Assembly: GCA_043228905.1 (NCBI GenBank)
Contig: JBHGNT010000004.1
Coordinates: forward strand, 5,394,001 to 5,458,000
Length of the DNA: 64,000 nt
Source: Azolla caroliniana
Lineage: Eukaryota; Plantae; Polypodiophyta
Direction: 5' to 3'
Part shown: positions 46,501-57,918 of the stretch, piece by piece
Position numbering within the stretch: the first letter of the stretch is position 1
How the letters are laid out: every line of letters begins with the position of its first letter
The notes under the pieces: generated by a model
Databases searched by the model: none
Told to the model about the DNA's origin: nothing
Seen by the model: only the letters and a program-made list of their open reading frames with translations
Made by a program: the position numbers and the translations under genes

Positions 46501-48553
46501 CTACCTCAAATAGAGGGATGATTTTCTGATTATCATTAAAATACTGACTTTCTTCTTCCTCGTCCAATCCTTCCATCATATTAACTGCTTCTGCATGTAC
46601 AGGTAAACTTTGTTTGCTTGTTGTCACTTTGTTGTGCGTCGGAATCCTGACCTTAGTTTTTCCTTTCCTAAATGTTAGCACATTTTGTTTCCAATTTTGT
46701 TTGATATTAGCTGTCTTTAACCATGGTCTCCCCAATAACAAGGGGTATGCTCCCTGTGCTTCTAACTGCAAAATTACTGCCAAAATCTGAAAACTGTGTC
46801 CCCCGATTATTACATCCAGTTGTCGAAGCAAACCAATCGGTCGTACCGTACTTGTATCTGCCATTCGTAACCAAAACGGACATGCTTCCCATTCCGTGAT
46901 TCCTAGTTTTTCACATGTAGCTTTGTTAATCACATTAACTCCCGAGCCTCCATCTATAATCACATTTCCGATTTCTTGCCCGTAAAGTATTACCTTAATC
47001 GACGGATTCTGTTCATCCATGATCGAAGGGTTATTACTTGGCTGATTGTAGTGTACTGCTATTTGTTCGGAACCTTTATATGCAATTAATGCTGCCACTT
47101 TTTTTGTAAACCTTGGTACTAACTTAAGTAAGCCCGTAAGTGGCAATGACACTTGGCAATCAGCCAACAGTTTCCAAGTTTCTTCCTGTTCCTTATTCCC
47201 CAATGACTGTTGTACAGCGATGTTCTGGTCAATGTTATTGTCTTGTAACATTCGATTCACATTACTTTGATTTGCTTCGTCAACCCATTCTTTTGCCGCC
47301 TTCCGAACTGCTTCCTGAATTTCCCATTCTGATTGTTTGCTTTTGCTGCGTGTCGTTACTTGCTGAACTTCCGGTATTACCATATTAACTGCTGGACCCT
47401 TTCCTTTAACCGGACATTGATTAGCATAATGGCCTAGTTTTCGACAAATATAACAAGTGGGTACAAATGTTCCACCGGTCTCTCCATGTGCAAATTGGCC
47501 GTTATTAAATTGCTGCTCTTCATTACCACTCGGGTTTTGTTGGAATTGACGTGTAGCTTTTGGTTTGTAAAATTTCTTATTTTTATACCGATTCTGCCTA
47601 AATTGTTCGGTATTATCATTTGGTTGTGCTACATTTTGTGTTATCCCGGACTCCTGATTTGGCGGAAAATTATTCTGTTGAAACATTTGATTATTTTGTG
47701 GAAAGGTTTGAGTATTATGTTGAAAGGTCATATTACCCGGTTGAAATGCCGGATTCGGTTGAAATGCAGAATTCGGTTGCACATTCGGACAGTTCTGTTG
47801 AAACCCTTGAAATGGTGGGTTACCTTGTTGGAAACTTTGATTATTTTGTTGAAAATATTGATTCGGATTCTGTACGAATGGTGGGTTGGATTGAGCAAAA
47901 CTTGGTTGAAATGCTTGAGTTACTTGAGTGGGTTGCATATTTTGTTGTGAAAAGATCTGATTTGGCTGTAGAACCGGATTTTGTTGAAAAGTTGGATTTT
48001 GTTGTACATTTTGCTGATTTTGTGAAAAATTATTATTTTGATAACCATTGAACAGATTAGTGTTATTTTGGTAACCATTGTCAGTAAAAATTTGTCGTAC
48101 TGACGCCGTAGTTTTATTAAGCAGATTATATTCACATTGTTCTACTGAATGTAATTTTGAATGACATATTGTACAATGTGTTCTTAACGTACATTCAATT
48201 GCCGAATGCCCCGTATTTAAACAAGTGGTGCATTGAACTGCTTGATGAAATTGTAACTCCTCTATTGTTGGTAATGTACGTTGTAATGCCGACATGTCCA
48301 TACTCTGAACATTGACCAGTGGTCGACCCATTTCTATTGCTTTATCAATTACTTGTTCGATAGTCTGATTTCGAAAATCGAACACTTTCAATGTCGTCCT
48401 TAATGGTTCTTTTACAGCTTCTAGAAAGACTTCTTTTAATTCATTATCCGGAATCGGCCTTGAAATCTGAAGTTGTAAGTTTTGAAATCGTATCACAAAC
48501 TGAGATACTGTTTCATTTTTTTCTTGATATAACGCATAAAATTGCGCAATCAA
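43511..48553 (-). CDS. pol: G4 Gag-Pol (1680 aa open; N-terminus up to ~49021 disrupted)
   Basis: Three CCHC knuckles; PR IIDGGSGVN; RT FGLKTAP..FLDD; RH VDASD..VDH; integrase WGLDFVGP..SDQG..E. Confidence 0.92.
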   Translation of the reverse strand: MIAQFYALYQEKNETVSQFVIRFQNLQLQISRPIPDNELKEVFLEAVKEPLRTTLKVFDFRNQTIEQVIDKAIEMGRPLVNVQSMDMSALQRTLPTIEELQFHQAVQCTTCLNTGHSAIECTLRTHCTICHSKLHSVEQCEYNLLNKTTASVRQIFTDNGYQNNTNLFNGYQNNNFSQNQQNVQQNPTFQQNPVLQPNQIFSQQNMQPTQVTQAFQPSFAQSNPPFVQNPNQYFQQNNQSFQQGNPPFQGFQQNCPNVQPNSAFQPNPAFQPGNMTFQHNTQTFPQNNQMFQQNNFPPNQESGITQNVAQPNDNTEQFRQNRYKNKKFYKPKATRQFQQNPSGNEEQQFNNGQFAHGETGGTFVPTCYICRKLGHYANQCPVKGKGPAVNMVIPEVQQVTTRSKSKQSEWEIQEAVRKAAKEWVDEANQSNVNRMLQDNNIDQNIAVQQSLGNKEQEETWKLLADCQVSLPLTGLLKLVPRFTKKVAALIAYKGSEQIAVHYNQPSNNPSIMDEQNPSIKVILYGQEIGNVIIDGGSGVNVINKATCEKLGITEWEACPFWLRMADTSTVRPIGLLRQLDVIIGGHSFQILAVILQLEAQGAYPLLLGRPWLKTANIKQNWKQNVLTFRKGKTKVRIPTHNKVTTSKQSLPVHAEAVNMMEGLDEEEESQYFNDNQKIIPLFEVDILQALTPYVDSHKEVPIDEQTMKEIRMQQEATDKEMKVSQRVQASTLEEIDLAGVEDGERKTVLIARDLAENDKRTLTTLLLQYKDVFAWSFDDMKGLDPAFCQHQINLHKDAKPVQQRRYRLNPNYAIKVKEEIDKLLKVGFIRPVKKSTWLSPIVVVPKKNGKIRVCVDYRKLNAATITDAFPLPFTDGILDAVAGHEIYSFLDGFNGYNQVRMNPEDQEKTAFVTEWGVFVAVVMMFGLKTAPATFQRVIQEIFGEYIPAFMQVFLDDFAVYSRKADHFEHLRLCLEKCRKGRLSLNPAKCAFGVMSGTLLGHIVSQEGIAVDPDKVKAIIEATPPTNAKALSRFLGQIRWHSKMIRYLADIAIPLHTAVHKVPFIWTSIEQDAYECLKKMLTKVPVVQPPDWNKPFHVFVDASDIAIGSALMQLSEPNWYRPVYYASRKLSSAERNYSTTKREALGMIYSVNKFRHYLLGKKFTFHVDHSALLYLVSKQELTGKLARWTLLLQEFEFDIIHRPGAQHAIADYLSRLESGEEAVGVKDDFPDTQLFRVEAVKAQEMNEEKEDEWISEMTIFLSTGIPAEHMSTDERKRIAVRSQNFCLFNDMLYHKGADGIWRRAVRKFEKLAILTESHCGIAGGHYAGEATARKIWNSGLWWPTVMKDANEYCKKCDLCQRMGQPTEKDRMPFQLVLPLEPFQKWGLDFVGPFKPAAARTGNRYIIIATDYCTKWVEAKALRDNTAASTTKFLYENIWCRFSCPIELVSDQGTHFINKLIHELTNYYAVVHKKSTPYYPQANGLAESTNKTIQTILKKIVNENRTDWDQKLNSALWAYRTSYKTSIKSTPFRMAFGLEAVMPIEFQIPTLRIQATNKLNEIESEQIRKEALLVLEEERIQSMSALEHKQRQIKAFVNRHRRKSEEQFEIGKPVLVFQTKMGLMPGKLRYRWTGPVWIINSKNGTYQLGSLTGEVLPKWVNGFWLKPYLGDMPVNPFIQTEE

Positions 48554-49536
48554 ATCCTTCTGCGGAATTTGTCAATGAAATAATTGTAAAAATTTACTAG
48601 TTAACACTTCAAAGGATGGAAATCCTTGAAGACCGTTCTGCGCAAACCAATTGGCGGAATATCCGTCTAATGATAAGACGAACTCAGCGATTTTTTACTT
48701 ATCTTCGGCATCTGCCGACAATCGCTGAGCTCCATGGTTAATCTCCCATGTCGTTAAGAAATCCCTAACATGTGCTTCCGCATCTGTTCCTTCCCGGAAC
48801 TTAGAATAAGTATAAGGCATATCGTCCCAAATGTCGTAAAACGATACCTCTTCCGTCTGTTTTTCGTCTGAAGGTAATTGATCGGATAAGTCAGGAAGTT
48901 TCGACCACTTTGTGCTTGATTCCGACTGTTCTTGCGCAATGAACGCTTCCTACACTGCCTTCGTAACTGACCTTGTACGAGGGCGCTTACAACCGACCGG
49001 TGTCTCCTCTTCAGACGACATCCATTCGATTTGTTCTCTGCTTAATTGCAGATGTAACCGGGCGTGCCAAATTTCTTCTGTGTTAATCGGCTAATTACTA
49101 ACTACTACCGATACAGAAGAGTGAACGTCGCTACTCAACGTTCTAACAAGGAATTGTGTTTTACGAACAGAAATATACTATATTAATTGGTAATTACCGT
49201 GATCGTTACTTAGTTATAAATTAGGAAGATTGCACTTAACAAAATAGACAATAGAAAGAACACAGAATCCGTACATGATATTCCTAACTTAAACTTATAT
49301 TACTAAATAAACGACCTTTCTTACAATGCCTTCGGTTCCCTTTTATAGGTATACCGAAGGTCTTTTCTCATCAAGAACTATTCCTACTTACTATCAAGAA
49401 TTACAAAATTATCTAACTAACTTAGTTCTCTTCGTTCACTGCTGAGTCATCGATCCGAACAGTCGCTTCGAACCGACTCCGTTTTCGACGCTTTCCCACT
49501 TGTTCGGTAAAACTGACTGTCCGGGTCCGGGTAACA

Positions 49537-51053
49537 TTTTCCCATCTGGCAGGCTTCACAGACTTGGCCATTCCGGCCTTCAAATTTCGGCAAGCCGAAC
49601 ACAGTGTTCCCCGTCTGCATTTCACAAAGCCATGGGAAGTTAATATGGCCGAACCTCTTATGTCACAGGTCAATGTCCGACTCGACCATCTGCCCTTTCA
49701 CAAACATAGCGGTGCCCACATTGTTGGTTTCGAGGATAAAAATCCTCCCTTCACGGCGCCCTTGCGCGATTACTTTGCCTTCCTCTTCTATGAAGCACCC
49801 TAGATGCGTGAATCGAACCTACATTCCCTGGTCGACGATCTGACCGACCGACACCAGGTTCTTCGTTATTGTCGGGACGTGCAGCACGTTCATGAGTTTC
49901 CCTTTCTGCCTGACGTGGCTGAGGGGAACTTCGTCGACATGTTCGATGGTATGCGGAGTGTCGTCTGTCGTTTCGACCACTCCTTGAGATTCCGGTTTCT
50001 CCAAGTACGAGAATCATTCCTCGTGACTCATCATATGATTTGACGCTCCGGAATCAACATACCACACCTCGCTCAATTTCGAGGTGTTCACGGCCATAGA
50101 ATTGGCCTTATGCTTCATTACAAAGGTAGGGCCTGATCCATTTCCAACTCGTTCAAAGTCCTCAGCTTACTGCGACTTTTGACGCCTCTCTACATCTCTT
50201 TGGCTCGATCCGGCTTTGTCCGAATCGGCTCTCTTTTTCCAACACTCGCTCTCCTTGTGGCCTTTCTTGCCATAGTACTAGCATTCCGACGCGGCCTTTT
50301 TTTGTTGGTTGCCGATGTTGCCATGACTCCCCCTGCTTGGGGAGGGTCTGGAACTGTTGTCGGCATTTCGATTATGCCGCTTGTTCTACTCTTGTCGGCT
50401 GCCTCCATTGCACGCCCATCCACCTCGTCCACCATGACCACGGGGCCTATCTTCCTCCATGTACAACATCTTGCTGTCAGCGTGCGTACTCGTCGACGCA
50501 CCCGTATGGTTTTCGTCTACGAGCAACATCGATTGAAGCTCGAAAAACGAAGGCGTATTCTCCCTCGTACAGACTGCCACTCGGAATGCTCTGAACCTGG
50601 ACGCTAGCCCACCAAGACACACTTGCACCATCTCGTCCTCCTCGACGTTCACATTGACAGAGGCGAGTGAGTCACAGATTTCCTTGATTCGGGCCGTCTA
50701 ATCGGCCACAGACAGATCTTTTTGCTGGACATTGTTGAGCTCTTGCCTGAGTTGCAGCTTCTTGGCCGTTGTGCTTGCGGCGAAAAGCTTTTTGAGATTC
50801 GCCCACGCGTCCTTTGGCGTCTTAGCATCCCGAATATAGCTCAATAGTTGGTCGCTCACATAGGATGCAAAGCAGTAGAGAACTCTTCTTGCCGCTTGTT
50901 CCCAAGATGAAAAATCTTTGTGTGTCCAATCGGGTGCTACATCATTAGCTCCTTCGGCATAACTCCAGTAGCCGTGATCGAGCAGGTACTGGTGCATCTT
51001 GTACGACCCAGATGCGTAGTTGCTCCTGTCGAGCTTCCCATTCCTCTGTCCAT
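49537..51053 (-). pseudogene. C5 gag-protease pseudogene
   Basis: KLDRSNYASGSYKMHQYLL, EEDEMVQVCLGGL and WYVDSGASNHM, with stops and frameshifts. Confidence 0.9.
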
Positions 51054-51230
51054 GTTGTTGTCTTATCTTTTCCAAAACAACTCAACTATGTCTCTATCGC
51101 AAGCTTTTCTGTCGGCTGCAGAGGACTTCAACCTTTGCGCTTTGATACCATGTAAAAGAATACGTGTGCGGAATCATGTGCGTAAACACAGAGTACACAG
51201 TTCGGTAAACTCAGAAAACACAGAGATGGA

Positions 51231-51276
<46 letters not shown>

Positions 51277-52380
51277 AGACACTCAGTTCTATATCAAAAA
51301 ATGACACTTTGTACATACTTCGTGCTTAGTGAGCACCTTTTATACAAGCCCCGACTATCGGGCTGACACAAGTACTGACAGTACTTGACTGCTCATAAAT
51401 GAGCCTCCTACACTAACTCCCAAAATTGTTACTTACGAGGAATACCATACTAACGGCCTTTCGGTTTACGCACTGATACGGCCACGTTATGCGTACTATT
51501 TTACGCACCCAGTCTACGGACTGGGTTACGCACTGTGTTACGCACCCAATGTTGAGCTTGTCACTCAACATTCATGTTGCTGATGTTGACTCGAGTTGAC
51601 CGGGGAGGCGAAAATGGAAGGTTTGGGATACTCTATGCTCCTATGCTGATTTGCTTTTTGAATGTGATAAGGACAATGCGAAGAGGCCTTTCCTTTATAT
51701 AAGGCTCCAAAGAATTGGTTATAGCATTGGTAACATGAAGCTCCAGAGAATTCAACATCGATTAGTAAAGGGCACGTGGGTACCTTTCAACAATACAGAA
51801 TCTGCATGTAAGGGTCTGATTGGGTGGCATGTTGTTAGATGGATGGAGTAATATTTCTCGAAGCAATGTGATGTTATGCCCACCACGCGAAGATTACATT
51901 TGTCAAATAACTTCACTCTTCGTGAGGTATACCAAGCGTATAAGGATGACGTGTTATTAGAAAGTGTACCTTACATACAATATCGGCATTTTAATCGATT
52001 ATGGAGATCGAAGTTTAACAATGTGGTCATACCCAACAAGGTCTGGATGCCCAACAAGGTCTGGATGGGTGTTTGCTTTGTGTCATGAAGACATACATTT
52101 TGGGCTTACAAGGATTCGAGCCCAAGACGTCTTGGTCTATATGTTAGACCTTTAACCATTATACTAACATATATGGAGATCGAAGTTTAACAATGTGGTC
52201 ATACCCAACAAGGTCTGGATGGGTGTTTGCTTTGTGTCATGAAGACATACATTTTGGGCTTACAAGGATTCGAGCCCAAGACGTCTTGGTCTATATGTTA
52301 GACCTTTAACCATTATACTAACATATATGATGTATAGGTATAATAAATGTATTATTAGTTATTACAAGATATTTAGAGTA

Positions 52381-52466
52381 TTCCAGAACATTCTAGAACA
52401 TTCTAGGATATTCCATGATTATATTAAATATCATAAATATTTAAAATATTCTAGAACATTCTCGAA
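52381..52466 (+). promoter_or_regulatory. Heat-shock-element arrays in G5 LTR U3
   Basis: TTCcaGAAcaTTCtaGAAcaTTC and TTCtaGAAcaTTCtcGAA upstream of TATA (52482); repeated in the 3' LTR at 57652-57740. Confidence 0.7.
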
Positions 52467-52776
52467 TACTCCATAAGGACCTATAAATATGTGTCTATTT
52501 ATTCATCACAACTCATTCGATTCAACATCAGTTTGTAGCCCCTTAGCCTACTCTTTGTAATCCTTGCTCTCTTATAATATAAACTCTCTTTCCATTTCTA
52601 GTGTTCTCTCTCTCTCTCTCTCCCTCTCCCTCTACCTTCTATTCTCATCTTATTTTTCTCTCTCCTATTCTCATGTCACGACAGTTTGAACCAAATATAT
52701 CTCTTTTCTTCTTCTCCAACTTCTTCTTCTTATCTTAACTTGATTCAAGCAAATCTAGCAATTTTCTATCGCAACT

Positions 52777-53895
52777 ATGGAGTCCGTCAGCAAGCAAGAA
52801 TATATGCGTGTTCTCTCCGAGCTCGAAATGCTAACAACCAAATTCGTGGCACTAGAGCATGAAAATCAAATATTGTTGGGAGACCTACAACAAGTAAGTG
52901 CTAAGAAAGTACAACAATATGAAGAATTATCTCAACAGGTGCATCAATTGGAGACTACTCTATTGCAACGACAAGCGGCGGAAGTTCAAACCTCGCCGAA
53001 GGAACCCAAGATTAGTCTGTCGGCCAAGTTTGATGGTACAAGGTCTCAATTTCGTGGATTTTTAAATCAAGTACGGCTTGTGATTAAATTGCATCCTAGT
53101 TGTTACCCAACTGATGTTGCTCGTATGGGTCTAGTTGATACCTTGTTAACGGGTACCGCATTAGCGTGGTTTGCACCACTCCTAGAGAAACACTCACCAT
53201 TATTAGAAGATTTTGAAGGGTTTATTAATGAGTTCCAAGACAACTTTGGAGACACTAATAGTATGAGGACTGCAATAAACAAAATTCGGCGATTACAGCA
53301 AGGAGATCATCCTGCTTCCGCTTATGTTGCAGATTTTCGCCTTCTCGCATGTGATATTCCATGGGACGAGGCGGCATTAATGGACCAATTTCGTCAATGT
53401 CTGCGCAATGATGTGAAGGATATACTTCTTACCTTCCATGATGATCCAAAATCTCTTACTGAAGCAGTACGTCGGGCCGTGCGATGTGACAATCGCTTAT
53501 TTGAGCGGCGTTCTAAGCGCCAACAAATGTTACGCTTCCAACCAACAGAAACATATGCTTCGGTGGTTGCAACTCCAACCCAAGTATCAAAGTCAAGTGT
53601 GGTGGAAGGCCCTAATCCAATGGAAATCGAGACAACACGACGTCGAGGACCATTATCGGATGCTGAAAAGCAACGACGGCGAGCGAATCGTCTATGCCTC
53701 TATTGTGGTGGTCCAGGGCATATTGTTGTGAATTGTCCACATAAACCACGACGACAAGTTAACCAAGGAAGTGCTCATGACAATCCCATCTCAATTTCTT
53801 CCCCGCCTTCTCGTAACCCAAGCAGGCCTAGTAGTCCCTGTCATAAAAATACATTTGATGTCTTGAGCCAATTAGATGATGTGTTAAACGAGTAA
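52777..53895 (+). CDS. gag: G5 Gag
   Basis: KFDGTRSQFRGF, LQQG..SAYVADFR, PMEI, CLYCGGPGHIVVNC. Confidence 0.93.
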   Translation: MESVSKQEYMRVLSELEMLTTKFVALEHENQILLGDLQQVSAKKVQQYEELSQQVHQLETTLLQRQAAEVQTSPKEPKISLSAKFDGTRSQFRGFLNQVRLVIKLHPSCYPTDVARMGLVDTLLTGTALAWFAPLLEKHSPLLEDFEGFINEFQDNFGDTNSMRTAINKIRRLQQGDHPASAYVADFRLLACDIPWDEAALMDQFRQCLRNDVKDILLTFHDDPKSLTEAVRRAVRCDNRLFERRSKRQQMLRFQPTETYASVVATPTQVSKSSVVEGPNPMEIETTRRRGPLSDAEKQRRRANRLCLYCGGPGHIVVNCPHKPRRQVNQGSAHDNPISISSPPSRNPSRPSSPCHKNTFDVLSQLDDVLNE

Positions 53896-56800
53896 GTCCA
53901 GCCAAAATCGGAGCCATTTGGTTAGACAGCCCTAGGCATGTAACGTCCGTCCCTAGTTGCGGTTCCATTTCATCCGTTCAAGTTAGTCGAGTTTTCTCTA
54001 CACAAGTTGAGCTTAACACATCTAGGTGCCATCAAGTCCCAGCTTCTGCCCTCTTAGACTCTGGAGCCAACTCTTGTTTCATGAATCGTGAGTTTGCTAT
54101 AATGCATAATATTCAATTGCATAAGCTCCCAAGCCCAGTGTTAGTCAGAGTCATTGATGGACGCCCCATAGCATCAGGTGATATAGTTGAAGAGTCTGAA
54201 CCAATTCATGTAGTCCTAGGCAATTTGGCTAGTGTCATCTCATTCAACATCATTAGTAGTCCAGAGCACTCCCTAGTTCTTGGTCTTCCATGGTTTGAGC
54301 TACATAACCCAACTATTGATTGGAGAAAAAGAACCATTGAAGAGGTCACAATACAGTCTGAGCCTCTTAAAACTCCAACAAAGGATATGACATTCCAAAA
54401 GATTTCGACAATCTCTATACATCAATTACATGAGGAAGGACGGAAGGAAGACATGTTGGTGTTCGCAGTTTTAGCAACTCCCACATCGAGCTCACAAGAA
54501 TGGGGGCTCCAACCACCAAAGAAATATATAGAATTCTCTGATGTGTTTGATAAGGTGAAGGCCAATAGACTACCAGAACATCGACCATATGATTGCCTGA
54601 TTGATTTGCAGCCCAGAAAAGAGCCTCCATGGGGGCCAATTTATAACCTTTCACCCACGGAGTTAGAGGTTCTTCGGGAATATATCGATGAGAACTTGGC
54701 GAATGGGTTTATCCAGCATTCAAGATCTCTTGCCGGCATACCCATATTTTTCGTTAAGAAGAAAGATGGTTCGCTTCATTTGGTCGTGGATTATCGAGGA
54801 TTGAATAAAGTAACTATTCGAAACCGATATGCTCTACCATTGATTTCGAGCCTTCTCGAACGCCTCAATGGAGCTAACTATTTCACAAAGTTAGATCTTC
54901 GAGGTGCTTACAATCTTGTTCGAATTCGTCCTGGGGATGAATGGAAGAATACTTTCCGTACTCGCTATGGCCATTTTGAGTATACAGTGATGCCATTTGG
55001 TCTCACGAATGCACCAGCAGTTTTCCAACATATGGCGAATGACATTTTTCGAGATTTCCTCGATATTTTCGTCATAATTTACCTGGATGATATCTTGATC
55101 TACTCAAAAACTGAAGAGGATCATGATATACATGTTCGACAAGCTTTGCAATGGTTGCGTGAATATGGTCTCTATGCAAAATTGGAGAAGTGCAGTTTCA
55201 ACCAGCGTCAAGTGGAATTTTTGGGGTACATGGTCTCTTCACATGGCATCTCTATGGATCCAGTAAAGGTTCAAACAGTTTTGGATTGGCAAACACCACA
55301 GTCTGTGCGAGATGTACAATTTTTTTTAGGGTTCGCAAACTTTTATCTCAAGTTCATCAAAGATTATTCAAAGATCGTATTGCCCCTCACTCAACTGACA
55401 TAGAAGAATCGACCATTTGTGTGGAGTATAAATGCAAACTCTGCATTTGAAGGATTAAAGCAAGCATTTACATCTGCACCAATTTTGATGCATGTTGATC
55501 CATTGAAGCGCTTTATACTAGAAGTTGATGCATCCAACTTCGCACTAGGAAGCGTATTATCCCAGATTAGCAATGATGGCCAACTGTACCCTGTGGCTTT
55601 TCATTCACGGAAATTCGAAGCTGCAAAAATCAACTATGAGATTCACGACAAAGAGCTTCTTGCCATTGTGGATTCTTTTCAACAATGGCATCATTTTTTG
55701 GAGGGTTCGTCTCAACAAATCATGGGCTATAATGATCACAAAAATCTAAAGTACTTCCAAAGTGCTCGAGTCTTGAGTCGTCGACAAGCTCATTGGGCGC
55801 AGTTTTTAACTCGTTTTGATTTCGTAATTCTATATCACCCTGGGATGCAACAAGGCAAAGCAGATGCTTTATCTCGGCGTTCATATATGGAACTTCAACG
55901 AGGAGAGGCCACATTTGAAAGTCAGAAGCAAATCCTCTTGGGTCCTGGCCGTCTACGACTAATGGCTTTTCATGCTATAGATACACCCAGGGATTCAAGT
56001 CTTCTGGACTCCATTCGGAAGCATATTGAGACTGATGAATTCGCCCAAGATATTCTGAACCATATTATCCCAGATCGTGCTTCTTGTTCACAATCTCAAA
56101 ATCCTCGTCAAGACTACAACCAGTTCGATTGGCATGATGGTTTACTTTTTCGACAAAATCTCTTATATGTGCCTAATGGTCCTTCTCGACTCCAAGTCTT
56201 GCAACAATGTCATGACACACCAATGGCTGGACATTTTGGCATCCACAAGACTTTGGCGTTAATTTCTCGAAGGTATTGGTGGCCACGACTTCGCCATTTT
56301 GTTACGGGTTATGTTCGTAGTTGTGATACATGTTGCCAATCCAAAAAACCTCGACATCATCCATATGGCTTATTACAGTCAATGCCTATTCCTGAGAGTC
56401 CATGGAAATCTATTTCATTGGACTTCATTACGGATCTACCACCTTCCAAGGGTTTTGATTCTATTCTCACGGTAGTAGATTGTTTTACCAAGATGGCACA
56501 TTTTCTTCCCTGCACAAAGGCCATTACGAGCCAAGAGATAGTCGAGTTACTCATGCGAGAGGTGTTTCGGCATCATGGTCTTCCTGATGATATTATCAGT
56601 GATCGGGGTCCCCAGTTCATCTCAAAATTTTGGCGGCACATGTTCAAACTCTTACATACTTCTTGCAAACTCTCTTCCAGCTACCATCCAGAAACTAACG
56701 GACAGAGTGAGCGCACCAACCAAACAGTAGAACAATATCTTCGTTGTTTTGTCAACTATCAACAAGATGATTGGGTTGATCTATTACATTTGGCGGAATT

Positions 56801-57551
56801 TGCTTACAACAACTCAGAACATTCTTCTACTAGATATTCCCCATTTTTTGCAAACATTGGGTACCATCTTCGTTGGACTATGCTTGAACATCACGAACTC
56901 CCGACAAACCCGGTTGCTGAAGATCGGCTCACCCGACTCCAAGAAGTTCAAGATATCCTTTTGCACCATTTATGTGATGCTCAAAACACTCAAAAGAAGG
57001 TTGTCGACCGTCATCGACGTGATTCATCGACTACGTTTCAAGTGGGAGATCGAGTATGGCTTTTACAAGGTCGCATTAAAACAACCCGACCTTGCTGCAA
57101 ATTGGATTATCAACGTTTTGGCCCATATGTGATATCTGGTAAGATCAATGATGTGGCATTTCGCCTTGATCTTCCCCCTCATATGATGCACCTTCACCCG
57201 GTCTTCCATGTTTCACTTTTGGAGCCGTACACAACCAACTCTATTCCATGCCTTCTTACATCTCCCCCACCTCCAATCGAAGTTTCAGATGGCTCCGAAT
57301 ATGAAGTTGCTGCCATTCTCGACTCCAAGATCGTTCGCAACAAACTATATTATTTGGTTGACTGGTTAGGTTATATACCTAATGATCGAAAATGGGAACC
57401 TCTTGAAAATCTTGCTAATGCCTCCGAAATGGTTGTTGCGTTTCACAACAAATATCCTCATAAGCCAAGTCCGAAATCTTGTCTTCCGACTCGTGGAACT
57501 CATCGTCAAAAAGGGGGGATAATGTCAGGACGACATACATTTTGGCCTTAG
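53883..57551 (+). pseudogene. pol: G5 Pol (PR-RT-RH-INT-chromodomain) in -1 frame, one stop at 55401-55403
   Basis: LLDSGANSCF; YLDD; VDAS; SLDFI..SDRG..E; chromodomain EYEVAAILDSK..YLVDWLGY..WEP. Slippery-like G TTA AAC at 53883-53889. Confidence 0.92.
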
Positions 57552-57874
57552 ACGTCTTGGTCTATATGTTAGACCTTTAACCATTATACTAACATATATG
57601 ATGTATAAGTATAATAAATGTATTATTAGTTATTACAAGATATTTAGAGTATTCCAGAACATTCTAGAGTATTCTAGAACATTCTAGGATATTCCATGAT
57701 TATATTAAATATCTAAAATATTCTAGAACATTCTAGAATACTCCATAAGGACTTATAAATAGGTGTCTATTCATTCATCACAACTCATTCGGTTCAACAC
57801 TAGTTTGTAGCCCCTTAGCCTACTCTTTGTAATCCTTGCTCTCTTATAATATAAACTCTCTTTCCATTTCTAGT

Positions 57875-57918
<44 letters not shown>

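Larger units (their letters stand above)
39754..49536 (-). mobile_element. Ty3/gypsy element G4 with extra 3' ORF (TSD TTTTC)
   Basis: 456-bp LTRs at 49081-49536 and 39754-40209 with about 6 transitions; TTTTC at 39749-39753 and 49537-49541; PBS TGGCACGCCCGGT at 49057-49069 (tRNA-Arg type). Confidence 0.95.
22510..51570 (-). mobile_element. Degenerate Ty1/copia element C5 (TSD TTCAT) hosting G2, G3, two solo LTRs and G4
   Basis: 5' LTR 51151-51570; PBS TGGTATCAAAGC 51139-51150; PPT 35776-35787; 3' LTR split into 22510-22524 and 35379-35775. TTCAT at 22505-22509 and 51571-51575. Same family as C3. Confidence 0.92.
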
